This document shows positions 45,232 through 57,058 of a stretch of 64,000 nucleotides of DNA, in pieces (the stretch's first letter is position 1; each line of letters begins with the position of its first letter). The position numbers and the translations under genes are program-made. This DNA comes from a bacterium. Lineage in GTDB: Bacteria > Zhuqueibacterota > Zhuqueibacteria > Residuimicrobiales > Krinioviventaceae. The stretch lies in NCBI GenBank assembly GCA_963675755.2, contig CAXXMD010000001.1, positions 160,001 to 224,000 on the forward strand, in the 5' to 3' direction. A model generated the notes under the pieces. It saw only the letters and a list, made by a program, of their open reading frames with translations, was not told the DNA's origin and did no database searches.

Positions 45232-45267
45232 AGCCTCTTGCGTTTTCAAGAGGCTTGTTTTTTATTT
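45232..45267 (+). terminator. Intrinsic terminator of rnf operon
   Basis: AGCCTCTTG-CGTTTT-CAAGAGGCT then TGTTTTTTATTT. Confidence 0.8.
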
Positions 45268-45286
45268 ACTAAAAGCGAAACAAAAG

Positions 45287-46411
45287 ATGACAGACGAAAA
45301 AAATAAAGACGAAAAAGATCCAAAAGAGCAGGAAAATACTGATAATCAGAATACTGAAGATCAGAACACCGAGAATCAGAATACTGAAAACAGCAGCGAA
45401 CCTGATTCTACTAAAAAAGAGAAAATCGATAATGACCGTGAGCAGGAAGCATTTCAAGAACCTGCCGGTTATGAAGATTATTACGATGCGGATGATATTG
45501 ATTATGATCCCATGACCGAATCATATACATCAAAAGCTGACCGACATCCCGATGAAGAACCCTTTGATGAAGAAGCTGATGAATCAAAGCAAGAGGGGGG
45601 AGACAAAAAGGACAACTCTGAACCTCCAACATCACATAATGATTATGACGATGACGATGACGACGACGATGATGACGACGATGAAGGTGAAGGAAAGATG
45701 CCTTTTTTAGATCATCTTGAAGAGTTACGTTGGACCATTTTACGTAGCTTGGTAGCTGTATTGGTTGGTGCAATTGTATGTTGGTTTTTCTCGGAACAAA
45801 TTATCACATTGTTGCGCAGACCTGGTCCTAAAGACATGGAGTTGATCTTTTTGTCACCCACTGAAGGTTTTATGACCTATATCAAAGTGGCAATATATGC
45901 AGGTATTGTTGTGGCATTTCCTTATGTTGCTTATCAATTCTGGCAATTTATAGTTCCAGGGTTGTTGGAAAAAGAAAAAAAATATGTACCACATATTGCA
46001 TTCTTTACAACCATGTGTTTCATGATTGGTGCTACCTTTGCGTATATGGTAATTATTCCTTTTGGTCTTCGTTTCCTTTTAGGGTTTGAAACCAGCTTTT
46101 TACAAGCCAACATCACAATTGGCAAGTATTTAGGTTTTGTAATTACTATTATTCTTGTTTTTGGTGCAGTATTTGAATTACCTGTATTGTCTTTCTTTTT
46201 AACCCATATTGGTATAATAACACCTGATTTTTTGAGCAAAAACAGAAGATATGGTATTGTAATTATTTTTATTATGGCCGCAGTTTTAACGCCACCCGAT
46301 ATTTTTACACAGTTAATGCTGGCTGGTCCCTTGATTCTTTTATATGAAATCAGCATTTGGGTTTCAAGGTCTGTATATAAAAAGAAAGTCAAAGCTGAAG
46401 AAGCAGATTGA
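45287..46411 (+). CDS. tatC: Twin-arginine translocase TatC with acidic N-terminal extension
   Basis: MPFLDHLEELR, SPTEGF, FIVPGL, FELPV, TPPD, LYEISI. Confidence 0.93.
   Translation: MTDEKNKDEKDPKEQENTDNQNTEDQNTENQNTENSSEPDSTKKEKIDNDREQEAFQEPAGYEDYYDADDIDYDPMTESYTSKADRHPDEEPFDEEADESKQEGGDKKDNSEPPTSHNDYDDDDDDDDDDDDEGEGKMPFLDHLEELRWTILRSLVAVLVGAIVCWFFSEQIITLLRRPGPKDMELIFLSPTEGFMTYIKVAIYAGIVVAFPYVAYQFWQFIVPGLLEKEKKYVPHIAFFTTMCFMIGATFAYMVIIPFGLRFLLGFETSFLQANITIGKYLGFVITIILVFGAVFELPVLSFFLTHIGIITPDFLSKNRRYGIVIIFIMAAVLTPPDIFTQLMLAGPLILLYEISIWVSRSVYKKKVKAEEAD
45335..45391 (+). repeat. Degenerate 15-bp tandem repeat (about 4 units, NTE(D/N)Q-like)
   Basis: AATACTGATAATCAG / AATACTGAAGATCAG / AACACCGAGAATCAG / AATACTGAAAAC. 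Confidence 0.8.
45647..45682 (+). repeat. GAY trinucleotide tract encoding Asp12
   Basis: 12 consecutive GAC/GAT codons. Confidence 0.9.
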
Positions 46412-46420
46412 TAGGTAAAA

Positions 46421-47236
46421 TTGAAGTATATTGATTTACACATTCATTCAACGCATTCTGATGGAATTATGACTCCTGATGAGATTGTCCAATTTGCTAA
46501 AAATATTGATCTTGAGGCAATTTCTATAACAGACCATGATTCAGTGGATGGAATTCAACCTGCACTTGATGCAGGGAAAAAATATGGTATAAAGGTAATA
46601 CCTGGGATTGAGATCAGTGCAAATCATTATGGTAAAGATTTACATATTCTAGGTTACTTTTTTGATTATAAAAATCCTGTAATTCAAGATTATGGCAAGC
46701 GTATCCGCCTGTATCGTGAAAATAGAGCCAGGAATATTTTAAAAAAACTCAAAACTTGTGGAATCGACATCCCATATGAATTGGTTGAAATGAAATCCAA
46801 TGGTGGTGTAATTGGTCGTCCGCATATTGCTGATATATTAATTGAAGAAGGTCATGCGTATTCCTTTAGAGAAGCTTTTGATAAATATTTAGGTGAAGCC
46901 GGCAAGGCCTTTGAGCCAAAAACCCTCGTAAATCCGCGGGAAGCTATTGACATGGTGCACCAGGCAGGAGGTATTGCCTGTATTGCGCATCCTGGTGTGG
47001 ATGTTCCGGATGAAATCATTATGCATTTAATCAAGATGGGATTGGATGGGATAGAGGTATTTCATCCCAAGCACATTGATGCAGAAATTAGGCACTTTGA
47101 GAATTTTGCAAAACATCACAATCTTGTAATTACTGGTGGTTCTGATTGTCATGGACCCAGAACTTTTGACGTAACAATTGGTGCGTACAAGGTTCCCGCT
47201 GTTTATCTCACAGAGATGGAAAAAGTTTTGGTTTGA
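46421..47236 (+). CDS. PHP-domain phosphoesterase (TrpH/YciV-like)
   Basis: DLHIHSTHSDG, ITDHD, GIEIS, GRPHIA, AHP, GGSDCHG. Confidence 0.9.
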   Translation: MKYIDLHIHSTHSDGIMTPDEIVQFAKNIDLEAISITDHDSVDGIQPALDAGKKYGIKVIPGIEISANHYGKDLHILGYFFDYKNPVIQDYGKRIRLYRENRARNILKKLKTCGIDIPYELVEMKSNGGVIGRPHIADILIEEGHAYSFREAFDKYLGEAGKAFEPKTLVNPREAIDMVHQAGGIACIAHPGVDVPDEIIMHLIKMGLDGIEVFHPKHIDAEIRHFENFAKHHNLVITGGSDCHGPRTFDVTIGAYKVPAVYLTEMEKVLV

Positions 47237-47292
47237 TTTTTAGTGAATGCCTTGAAAAGAGTTTGGGAATATTCATTAAAGTCCTTATGTTT

Positions 47293-47405
47293 AAGGTGAA
47301 AGTAGTAAGCAACACATGGAGGTCGTTTCGTAGCCTCCCTCCTGCAACGACCTCTGTTGAATGGCAAGCTTGAAAGAGCTTGCCATTCTTACTTTTCCGC
47401 CTTTT
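47293..47405 (+). ncRNA. Candidate structured RNA (three-way junction with C-rich loop)
   Basis: AGTAAG/CTTACT closes CAACA..GAGGTCGTT/AACGACCTC-TGTTG and AATGGCAAGCT/AGCTTGCCATT. Confidence 0.5.
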
Positions 47406-47437
47406 CTAACTATCGAATTTTATATTTTGGAGTTATT

Positions 47438-48058
47438 GTGATTATAGAGAATGTTCCGGTCGGTCCTTTGGATGTGAACTGTTATATTGTAGGTTGTGAA
47501 ACAACCCGACAAGCTGCAATTATTGATCCTGGTGACGATGAAAGTAAAATACTTGAACGTTTAAAAGTTTTGGATCTGAATGCCACACATATCATTCTAA
47601 CTCATGGGCACGTAGATCATATTGCCGCTGTACCTGAAATTCAGCAAGCTACCAATGCTTTGATTCTGATGGGGCAGAATGATCGCTTGTTGGTTGAAAA
47701 TGCTGTTTTACAGGCGGAAATGTTTAGTCTAAGAGTGCCAGGGTTGTTTAATGTAGATCAGTATCTGGCGGATAATGATGAAATTGTTGTAGGATCATTT
47801 TCTTTCAAAGTCGTAACAACTCCGGGACATTCACCCGGTGGAATTTGTTTACTTTATGAAAGACATCTGTGGGCTGGAGATACTCTGTTTTTTAATTCAG
47901 TTGGCAGAACGGATCTCCCGGGGGGATCTATGAATGAACTATTACATTCTATAAAAAATAAATTATATTTACTTCATCCGGAAACCATTGTTTATCCTGG
48001 CCATGGAGATTATACAACCATTGGTCATGAGATGAAACACAACCCCTATATTTCTTGA
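47438..48058 (+). CDS. MBL-fold metallo-hydrolase, glyoxalase II-like (start corrected to GTG 47438)
   Basis: THGHVDH, TPGHSPG, GDTLF, PGHG; GGAG RBS. Confidence 0.9.
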   Translation: MIIENVPVGPLDVNCYIVGCETTRQAAIIDPGDDESKILERLKVLDLNATHIILTHGHVDHIAAVPEIQQATNALILMGQNDRLLVENAVLQAEMFSLRVPGLFNVDQYLADNDEIVVGSFSFKVVTTPGHSPGGICLLYERHLWAGDTLFFNSVGRTDLPGGSMNELLHSIKNKLYLLHPETIVYPGHGDYTTIGHEMKHNPYIS

Positions 48059-48079
48059 AATAAATGCGGGAAAATTTCC

Positions 48080-48108
48080 TTGCAAATGAGGGTATAATTG
48101 GTTATACT
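48080..48108 (+). promoter_or_regulatory. Putative sigma70 promoter of vor operon
   Basis: TTGCAA-N17-TATACT. Confidence 0.6.
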
Positions 48109-48151
48109 GGTTGGTAAAAATTTTTTGGTCTCACCAAACGCGAGGTGTGGT

Positions 48152-48400
48152 ATGGCAGAAGGCCTTAAGGAACCAATTGTTGTTATTCGTGAAGACGAAT
48201 GTAAGGGGTGCGGGCTATGCATCAGCATTTGCCCGGAAAATGTTCTAATTGAGCAACACAAGTTAAACCGAATGGGATACCACCCAGCCGGTTACACAGG
48301 GGAAGGCTGTATAGGATGCGGCTTTTGTTTTTACCAATGCCCGGAACCGGGTGCAATCACAGTCTACAAAAAAGGTTATGTGGAAGAGGAGGTTAGCTGA
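48152..48400 (+). CDS. 2[4Fe-4S] ferredoxin-like delta subunit of 2-oxoacid:ferredoxin oxidoreductase (start corrected)
   Basis: [12 protein letters not shown] and [12 protein letters not shown]; GAGGTG RBS. Confidence 0.9.
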   Translation: MAEGLKEPIVVIREDECKGCGLCISICPENVLIEQHKLNRMGYHPAGYTGEGCIGCGFCFYQCPEPGAITVYKKGYVEEEVS

Positions 48401-49440
48401 TGGCAAAACAACTCATCAAGGGAAATGAAGCCATTGTAAAAGGAGCCATATTGGCAGGTTGCCGATACTATTTTGGTTATCCGATTACCCCAGCCTCCGA
48501 AATTGCAGAAGCAGCCGCGTACTATTTGCCTCTCGTCGGAGGCACTTTTTTGCAGGCAGAGAGTGAAGTCGCTTCTATCAACATGTTATATGGTGCAGCT
48601 TCCGGAGGTATTCGGGCAATGACAGCATCATCAAGTCCCGGTATCAGTTTGAAAATGGAAGGCCTGTCTTATTCTGCCGGTGCAGAGCTACCAATGGTTA
48701 TCATTGATGTTATGCGCGGTGGTCCGGGATTAGGTAACATTGCCCCAGCACAAGCAGACTATAACCAGATCATTAAAGGTGGGGGACACGGTGGTTACAA
48801 GGTTATTGCGCTTGCACCCAATTGCGCCCAGGAAATGAGCGATTTAACCATTCTGGCATTTGATCTAGCAGACAAGTACAGAATTCCTGCTGTAATTATG
48901 GCTGATGGATTTATTGGTCAGATGATGGAGCCCGTCGAGTTCCCTGAGCCTGTTAAAGAGATCCCTGAAAAAGACTGGGCAATACTAGCCAACAAAGATG
49001 ATGAGCACAAGCTCATAAGCTCCATTGACCTTGAAGCCGAGGCCCTTGAAGCGCACAATATTCATCTCAATAAAAAGTACCAGGAGATACAGGAAACAGA
49101 AGTCCGTTATGAAGATTACAAGGTTGATGATGCTGAACTTGTTTTAATTGGATACGGCGTAGTTTCCCGAGTGCTTCAAACTGTTGTGGATGAATTAAGA
49201 AATAAAAATGTAAAAATTGGAATGATGCGGCCAATCTCATTATGGCCTTTTCCGGAAAAACATATTTCTGAATTGGCAGAGCAGGGGAAGAAATTCCTTG
49301 TAGTAGAGCTGTCAAACGGACAGATGGTTGACGATGTTAAACTTGCAGTTAACGGGCGTCAACCTGTACACTTTTACAATCGTATGGGAGGAATTGTACC
49401 CTCTCCGGAAGAGATCATTGAATTTGTAGAGAAACTATGA
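48400..49440 (+). CDS. vorB: 2-oxoisovalerate:ferredoxin oxidoreductase alpha-type subunit (VorB family)
   Basis: [31 protein letters not shown]. Confidence 0.85.
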   Translation: MAKQLIKGNEAIVKGAILAGCRYYFGYPITPASEIAEAAAYYLPLVGGTFLQAESEVASINMLYGAASGGIRAMTASSSPGISLKMEGLSYSAGAELPMVIIDVMRGGPGLGNIAPAQADYNQIIKGGGHGGYKVIALAPNCAQEMSDLTILAFDLADKYRIPAVIMADGFIGQMMEPVEFPEPVKEIPEKDWAILANKDDEHKLISSIDLEAEALEAHNIHLNKKYQEIQETEVRYEDYKVDDAELVLIGYGVVSRVLQTVVDELRNKNVKIGMMRPISLWPFPEKHISELAEQGKKFLVVELSNGQMVDDVKLAVNGRQPVHFYNRMGGIVPSPEEIIEFVEKL

Positions 49441-49449
49441 GGCAGGAAA

Positions 49450-50871
49450 ATGGCCAAAGCATTAAGAAAATCTGACAGTTTTTATGAGAGTTATATACAC
49501 AAAAGTGGCAATCAGGATGTAACCCATTATTGTCCCGGCTGTGGACATGGCGTGCTGCATAAATTGATTGCTGAAGCGATTGACGATTTTGAGATTCGTG
49601 AACGTACAATTTTAATTAGCCCCGTTGGCTGTAGCGTGTTTGCATATTACTACTTTCGTGTTGGTAATATTCAGGCTGCACATGGACGCGCACCAGCTGT
49701 TGCTACTGGTATAAAACGTGTTCATCCCAATAGTGTTGTTATCAGCTACCAAGGTGATGGTGACCTGGCGGCAATTGGTGGTAATAATATTCTTCAAGCT
49801 GCAAACCGAGGCGAGAATATTACAGTATTCTTTGTTAATAATGCAATTTATGGAATGACCGGCGGGCAAATGGCACCAACAACCCTGATTGGTCAGAAAA
49901 CAACTACTACTCCCTATGGACGAAACAGCGACAATGAGGGTTTCCCAATTCGAGTTAGTGAATTAATTAATTCACTCCAAGCTCCCGTCTATATTGAGCG
50001 TGTAGCTTTGACAGATGCTAAAAATACATCCAAAGTTCGAAAAGCTGTAAGAAAAGCGCTTAAAAATCAGATCGAAAACAAGGGATTCTCCCTTGTTGAA
50101 GTATTATCCGCTTGCCCGTCAGGCTGGAAGATGACACCTACTCAGTCAAAAGAGTGGATTGAAGATCAAATGGTTAAGAATTTCCCTCTGGGTGTATTTA
50201 GAGACAAGAGTGATGAAATTGAAAAAACGGATATTAAAAAATCTGCTTATTCAATAGATAAAATTCAGGAAAAACTCAATATTCCAACAGATGAGAAGAT
50301 GATAGATACAAGTGTAACTGTTAGAAAAGAGTTTGTGAATCCTGGAATAAAAATGGCCGGATTTGGTGGCCAGGGAATTTTGATGCTGGGTGTAGGGCTT
50401 GCGCAAGCAGCAATGCAGGCTGGGCATCAGGTATCCTGGATACCTTCTTATGGTCCCGAGATGAGAGGTGGAACTGCAAATTGTCATGTGAAAATTTCAG
50501 AATCCCGAATAGGATCTCCGCTGGTATCAAAGCCAACAGTACTTGTGGCCATGAATTTACCTTCATTAGAAAAGTTTGAAGATAGTGTAGTTCCAAATGG
50601 ATTAATTATGTATGATACATCATTAATTAATCAGGAACCAGTACGCTCAGATGTTCAGGTATTGGGAATACCTGCAACACAAATCGCTGACGAATTGGGG
50701 AATACTCGAATAGCAAACATGGTTATTTTAGGTGCCTTGATCCAGTATACCGGATTATTATCAAAAGAAACGGTTTTTAATGCATTACCTCATGTCATCA
50801 AGCGGAAAAACCTCATTCCTCTTAATGAAAAAGCAATTGAAGCTGGCATCAAGTATGTAATTGAAAAATAG
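49450..50871 (+). CDS. vorA: 2-oxoacid:ferredoxin oxidoreductase fused beta-gamma subunit (VorA-like)
   Basis: HYCPGCGHG, GDGD..NN TPP motif, then AGFGGQG and SYGPEMRGG. Confidence 0.82.
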   Translation: MAKALRKSDSFYESYIHKSGNQDVTHYCPGCGHGVLHKLIAEAIDDFEIRERTILISPVGCSVFAYYYFRVGNIQAAHGRAPAVATGIKRVHPNSVVISYQGDGDLAAIGGNNILQAANRGENITVFFVNNAIYGMTGGQMAPTTLIGQKTTTTPYGRNSDNEGFPIRVSELINSLQAPVYIERVALTDAKNTSKVRKAVRKALKNQIENKGFSLVEVLSACPSGWKMTPTQSKEWIEDQMVKNFPLGVFRDKSDEIEKTDIKKSAYSIDKIQEKLNIPTDEKMIDTSVTVRKEFVNPGIKMAGFGGQGILMLGVGLAQAAMQAGHQVSWIPSYGPEMRGGTANCHVKISESRIGSPLVSKPTVLVAMNLPSLEKFEDSVVPNGLIMYDTSLINQEPVRSDVQVLGIPATQIADELGNTRIANMVILGALIQYTGLLSKETVFNALPHVIKRKNLIPLNEKAIEAGIKYVIEK

Positions 50872-50917
50872 CAATTTGCTTTTTTAATTTTTTTTGTTAA
50901 ATTAATAAAATTCTGTT

Positions 50918-50950
50918 AAAATCCCCGTTTTGTAAAAAAACGGGGTTTTA
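50918..50950 (+). terminator. Terminator-like hairpin after vor operon
   Basis: CCCCGTTTT/AAAACGGGG stem followed by TTTTA. Confidence 0.6.
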
Positions 50951-50959
50951 TATATAGTT

Positions 50960-51137
50960 TAACAAGTTTGGGGTATACAGGTATACCTGAATTGTAGAGA
51001 TTTCCATCTCCTGTGATTGGTAGACTACGCTGTTAAAAAAAGATAGTATTGTTACATTTAATAACGATCAACTATCTTACCTGAAAGGTTGTAGCGAGTT
51101 GCCGAACACGGTCGGTAAATTATGAAATTGAGGTTGT
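50960..51137 (+). promoter_or_regulatory. Structured 5' leader of RNase E/G gene
   Basis: Consecutive helices GGTATAC/GTATACC, GAGAT/ATCTC, AAGATAGT/ACTATCTT, ACCT/AGGT, TTGCCGA/TCGGTAA. Confidence 0.5.
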
Positions 51138-52676
51138 ATGAAAAAAACAATTGTAATTAATGTTTCTATTGGAGAAACACGTATTGGTATTCTTGAGGGG
51201 AAAGATCTGGTAGAGCTTTATTTCGAATTGCCAGAGAACGAACGTATGGTTGGGGATATCTATTTCGGGCGAGTTGGTAAAATTGTTAATGGTATTCAAG
51301 CCGCATTTGTTAATATTGGACACAAAAAAGATGCTTTTCTTCATTTTTCCGATATCAATAAAAATGTGCTCGAATTAACTGGTGTTAAGCAGGAACCGGT
51401 TGCTAACCAACCTAGAAAACGGGGCCCACGTCAACGGAATCCACATGGAAACCAGACCTTGAAAAAGGGACAGGATATTCTGGTACAGATTACCAAAGAA
51501 CCACTTTCAAACAAGGGTGCCAGAATCACAACAAACCTGACATTGCCAGGTAGGTTTTTAGTTTTATTGCCCGGTGAAAAATCAATTGGCGTGTCTCGCA
51601 AAATTCAAAATCGTCGTGAACGTTACAGATTGAAAAAGTTGGGCCAGGCAATAAAACCCAAGGATTTTGGATTGGTAATAAGAACAGTATCTGAAAACAA
51701 GGATGAAAATCTGTTAAAAGCAGATTTAGACTCTTTGGTTAAAGACTGGTCTAAAATCCAGAAAAAACTCAACAAGAACCATCCGCCTTGTATTGTGCAT
51801 AAAGACATGGGAATGCTGTCTAGCGTTATTCGAGATCTGTTTACAACAGATATTGAAAAGCTTGTTGTTGATAATAACAAAATGCATAAACAAATTGTTA
51901 AATATCTCAATGAAGTTGCTCCGCAACTTGCGGAACGTGTTGAGCTGTTCAAAAACAAAGAACCCATCTTTGATCATTTCGATATAGAAAATCAGTTATC
52001 CAGAAGTTTAGCCCGCAAGATCTATATGAAAAGAGGCGGCTATATCTTTATTGAACATACTGAAGCGTTAACTGCTATTGATATTAATAGCGGCAGCTTT
52101 AGTGGAAAAGCTGATCATGATACCAATAGCTTGAAAATAAATCTGGATGCTGCTAAAGAAATAGCCAGACAATTACGGTTGCGGGATATTGGTGGAATTA
52201 TTATCATCGATTTCATTGACATGATAGATCCCAAAAATAAAAAGAAACTGTATGATGAATTTACCCGTGAAGTGAAAAAAGACAGGGCCCAGGTTTCTAT
52301 CGCTCCTATATCTGAATTTGGCCTGATAGAGATGACACGTGAACGTGTTCGTCCTACACTGCTGTATTCAATTAGCGAGCCTTGTCCCGCATGTAGTGGT
52401 ACCGGTAGAGTTATCTCTAAAACAACCATTGTTGCCCGTATTGAAAGATGGTTGAAGCGCTACCGTACAGAGGGCGGTGACAGATCACTGCTATTGTTTG
52501 TTCACCCTGAATTGTCAAAGTATTTAACAACCGGGTATCGCAGTCGCATTCGTAGAATTGCATGGAAATACTGGACACGTGTCAAGGTACATCAGGATGA
52601 AAATATAAGTCTTGAAGAATTCAGGTTTGTTGATAAAACCGGAGAAAACGACATAACAAGTAAATTTATGCCTTGA
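51138..52676 (+). CDS. Ribonuclease E/G family (short, RNase G-like)
   Basis: S1 domain AAFVNIG..DAFLH, IDINSG, LRLRDIGGIIIIDFIDM, CPAC.G.G Zn-link. Confidence 0.95.
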   Translation: MKKTIVINVSIGETRIGILEGKDLVELYFELPENERMVGDIYFGRVGKIVNGIQAAFVNIGHKKDAFLHFSDINKNVLELTGVKQEPVANQPRKRGPRQRNPHGNQTLKKGQDILVQITKEPLSNKGARITTNLTLPGRFLVLLPGEKSIGVSRKIQNRRERYRLKKLGQAIKPKDFGLVIRTVSENKDENLLKADLDSLVKDWSKIQKKLNKNHPPCIVHKDMGMLSSVIRDLFTTDIEKLVVDNNKMHKQIVKYLNEVAPQLAERVELFKNKEPIFDHFDIENQLSRSLARKIYMKRGGYIFIEHTEALTAIDINSGSFSGKADHDTNSLKINLDAAKEIARQLRLRDIGGIIIIDFIDMIDPKNKKKLYDEFTREVKKDRAQVSIAPISEFGLIEMTRERVRPTLLYSISEPCPACSGTGRVISKTTIVARIERWLKRYRTEGGDRSLLLFVHPELSKYLTTGYRSRIRRIAWKYWTRVKVHQDENISLEEFRFVDKTGENDITSKFMP

Positions 52677-52701
52677 CATTTATAATTTAATTCTTTAAAT
52701 T
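52673..52701 (+). promoter_or_regulatory. Sigma70 promoter of rplU-rpmA overlapping the RNase stop codon
   Basis: TTGACA-N17-TAAATT. Confidence 0.72.
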
Positions 52702-52743
52702 TATTAGCTTTGTTGAAAAATAATAATTAATGGAGATATCTGA

Positions 52744-53055
52744 ATGTATGCCATAGTACAAGTTGGCGGCCAGCAGTTTAAAGTAGCCAAAGATAAAAAA
52801 ATTGTCACTAATCGCTTGTCAGGAAATATTGGTGATTCTGTGGACATTGAAAATGTATTGTTACTTTCAGGTGATGATGGTGTTAAAGTAGGCGCACCTT
52901 ATATTGAAGGTGCCAAAGTACAGGCTACTATTCTTGAACACGATAAAGGTAAAAAAGTAATTGTATTTAAAAAGAAACGCCGCAAAACTTATCGTGTTTT
53001 GAAAGGTCATCGCCAGGCGTTAACAACTTTACAAATTAATGAAATTACTGCTTAA
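52744..53055 (+). CDS. rplU: 50S ribosomal protein L21
   Basis: MYAIVQVGGQQFKV, KKKRRK, GHRQ. Confidence 0.98.
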   Translation: MYAIVQVGGQQFKVAKDKKIVTNRLSGNIGDSVDIENVLLLSGDDGVKVGAPYIEGAKVQATILEHDKGKKVIVFKKKRRKTYRVLKGHRQALTTLQINEITA

Positions 53056-53081
53056 TTGTTTAGAAATAAAGGGAGATTGTA

Positions 53082-53333
53082 ATGGCTCATAAGAAAGGAA
53101 TGGGAAGCTCCAAGAACGGTCGGGATAGTAACCCGCAAATGCTTGGTGTGAAAAGATTCGATGGTCAGGTAGTGACCGCAGGAAGTATTCTTGTGCGCCA
53201 ACGTGGAACAAAATTTCATCCCGGTGCTAATGTAGGTATTGGAAGTGACGATACTCTGTTTGCAAAAGTAGATGGTAAAGTGAAATTTGAAACACGCGGC
53301 AAGGATAAAAAATATATCAGTGTTTTTTCCTGA
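53082..53333 (+). CDS. rpmA: 50S ribosomal protein L27
   Basis: [21 protein letters not shown]. Confidence 0.98.
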   Translation: MAHKKGMGSSKNGRDSNPQMLGVKRFDGQVVTAGSILVRQRGTKFHPGANVGIGSDDTLFAKVDGKVKFETRGKDKKYISVFS

Positions 53334-53363
53334 TTTTGTAACATACATCAATTTTTTTTAATG

Positions 53364-53397
53364 AAACGCAACTAAATTATTTAGTTGCGTTTTTTTT
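53364..53397 (+). terminator. Intrinsic terminator after rpmA
   Basis: AAACGCAACTAAA/TTTAGTTGCGTTT followed by a T-run. Confidence 0.85.
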
Positions 53398-53469
53398 ATT
53401 TATAGCGGTTTCTTTTGCAAAATGAAAACGCGTGTCTACAAAAATTATGCCATATGAAAGAAAATTGAC

Positions 53470-53498
53470 TTGACTCTGACTGTGCTATATTTTATATT
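53470..53498 (+). promoter_or_regulatory. Putative sigma70 promoter of gatC-kds-lpt operon
   Basis: TTGACT-N17-TATATT. Confidence 0.68.
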
Positions 53499-53527
53499 TA
53501 TTTCGTTTGAGAACATAGGAGATATTT

Positions 53528-53815
53528 ATGTCAGTTACATTACAGGAAGTTGAAAATATTGCCCGTCTTGCCAAACTGTCTTTTTCTGAAGAAGAAAAAG
53601 AAAAATTTACAATACAGTTTAACCAGATTCTGGGATATATTGAAAAATTGAACGAGTTGGATACTGATAATGTTGAACCAACAGATCATGTACTTGATTT
53701 ATATAACGTATTCCGCGAGGATGAGGTGAAAACCTGGCTTACTCAGGAAGAAGCGTTGGCAAATGCACCAAATGCAAAACATGGTTTTTTCAGTGTACCC
53801 AAGGTGATAGGATAA
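53528..53815 (+). CDS. gatC: Asp/Glu-tRNA amidotransferase subunit C
   Basis: IARLAKL, LNELDT..VEPT, FREDE, NAP, FSVPKV. Confidence 0.94.
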   Translation: MSVTLQEVENIARLAKLSFSEEEKEKFTIQFNQILGYIEKLNELDTDNVEPTDHVLDLYNVFREDEVKTWLTQEEALANAPNAKHGFFSVPKVIG

Positions 53816-53818
53816 CTC

Positions 53819-57055
<3,237 letters not shown>

Positions 57056-57058
57056 AGA

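Noticed and set aside
45335-45682. Short repeats as a CRISPR array or contingency locus
   Set aside because: In-frame coding repeats with unit lengths divisible by 3, no spacers and no cas genes
47316-47437. uORF MEVVS and the N-terminal extension of the MBL hydrolase from 47357
   Set aside because: No good RBS for either; the homologous domain begins at GTG 47438 behind GGAG
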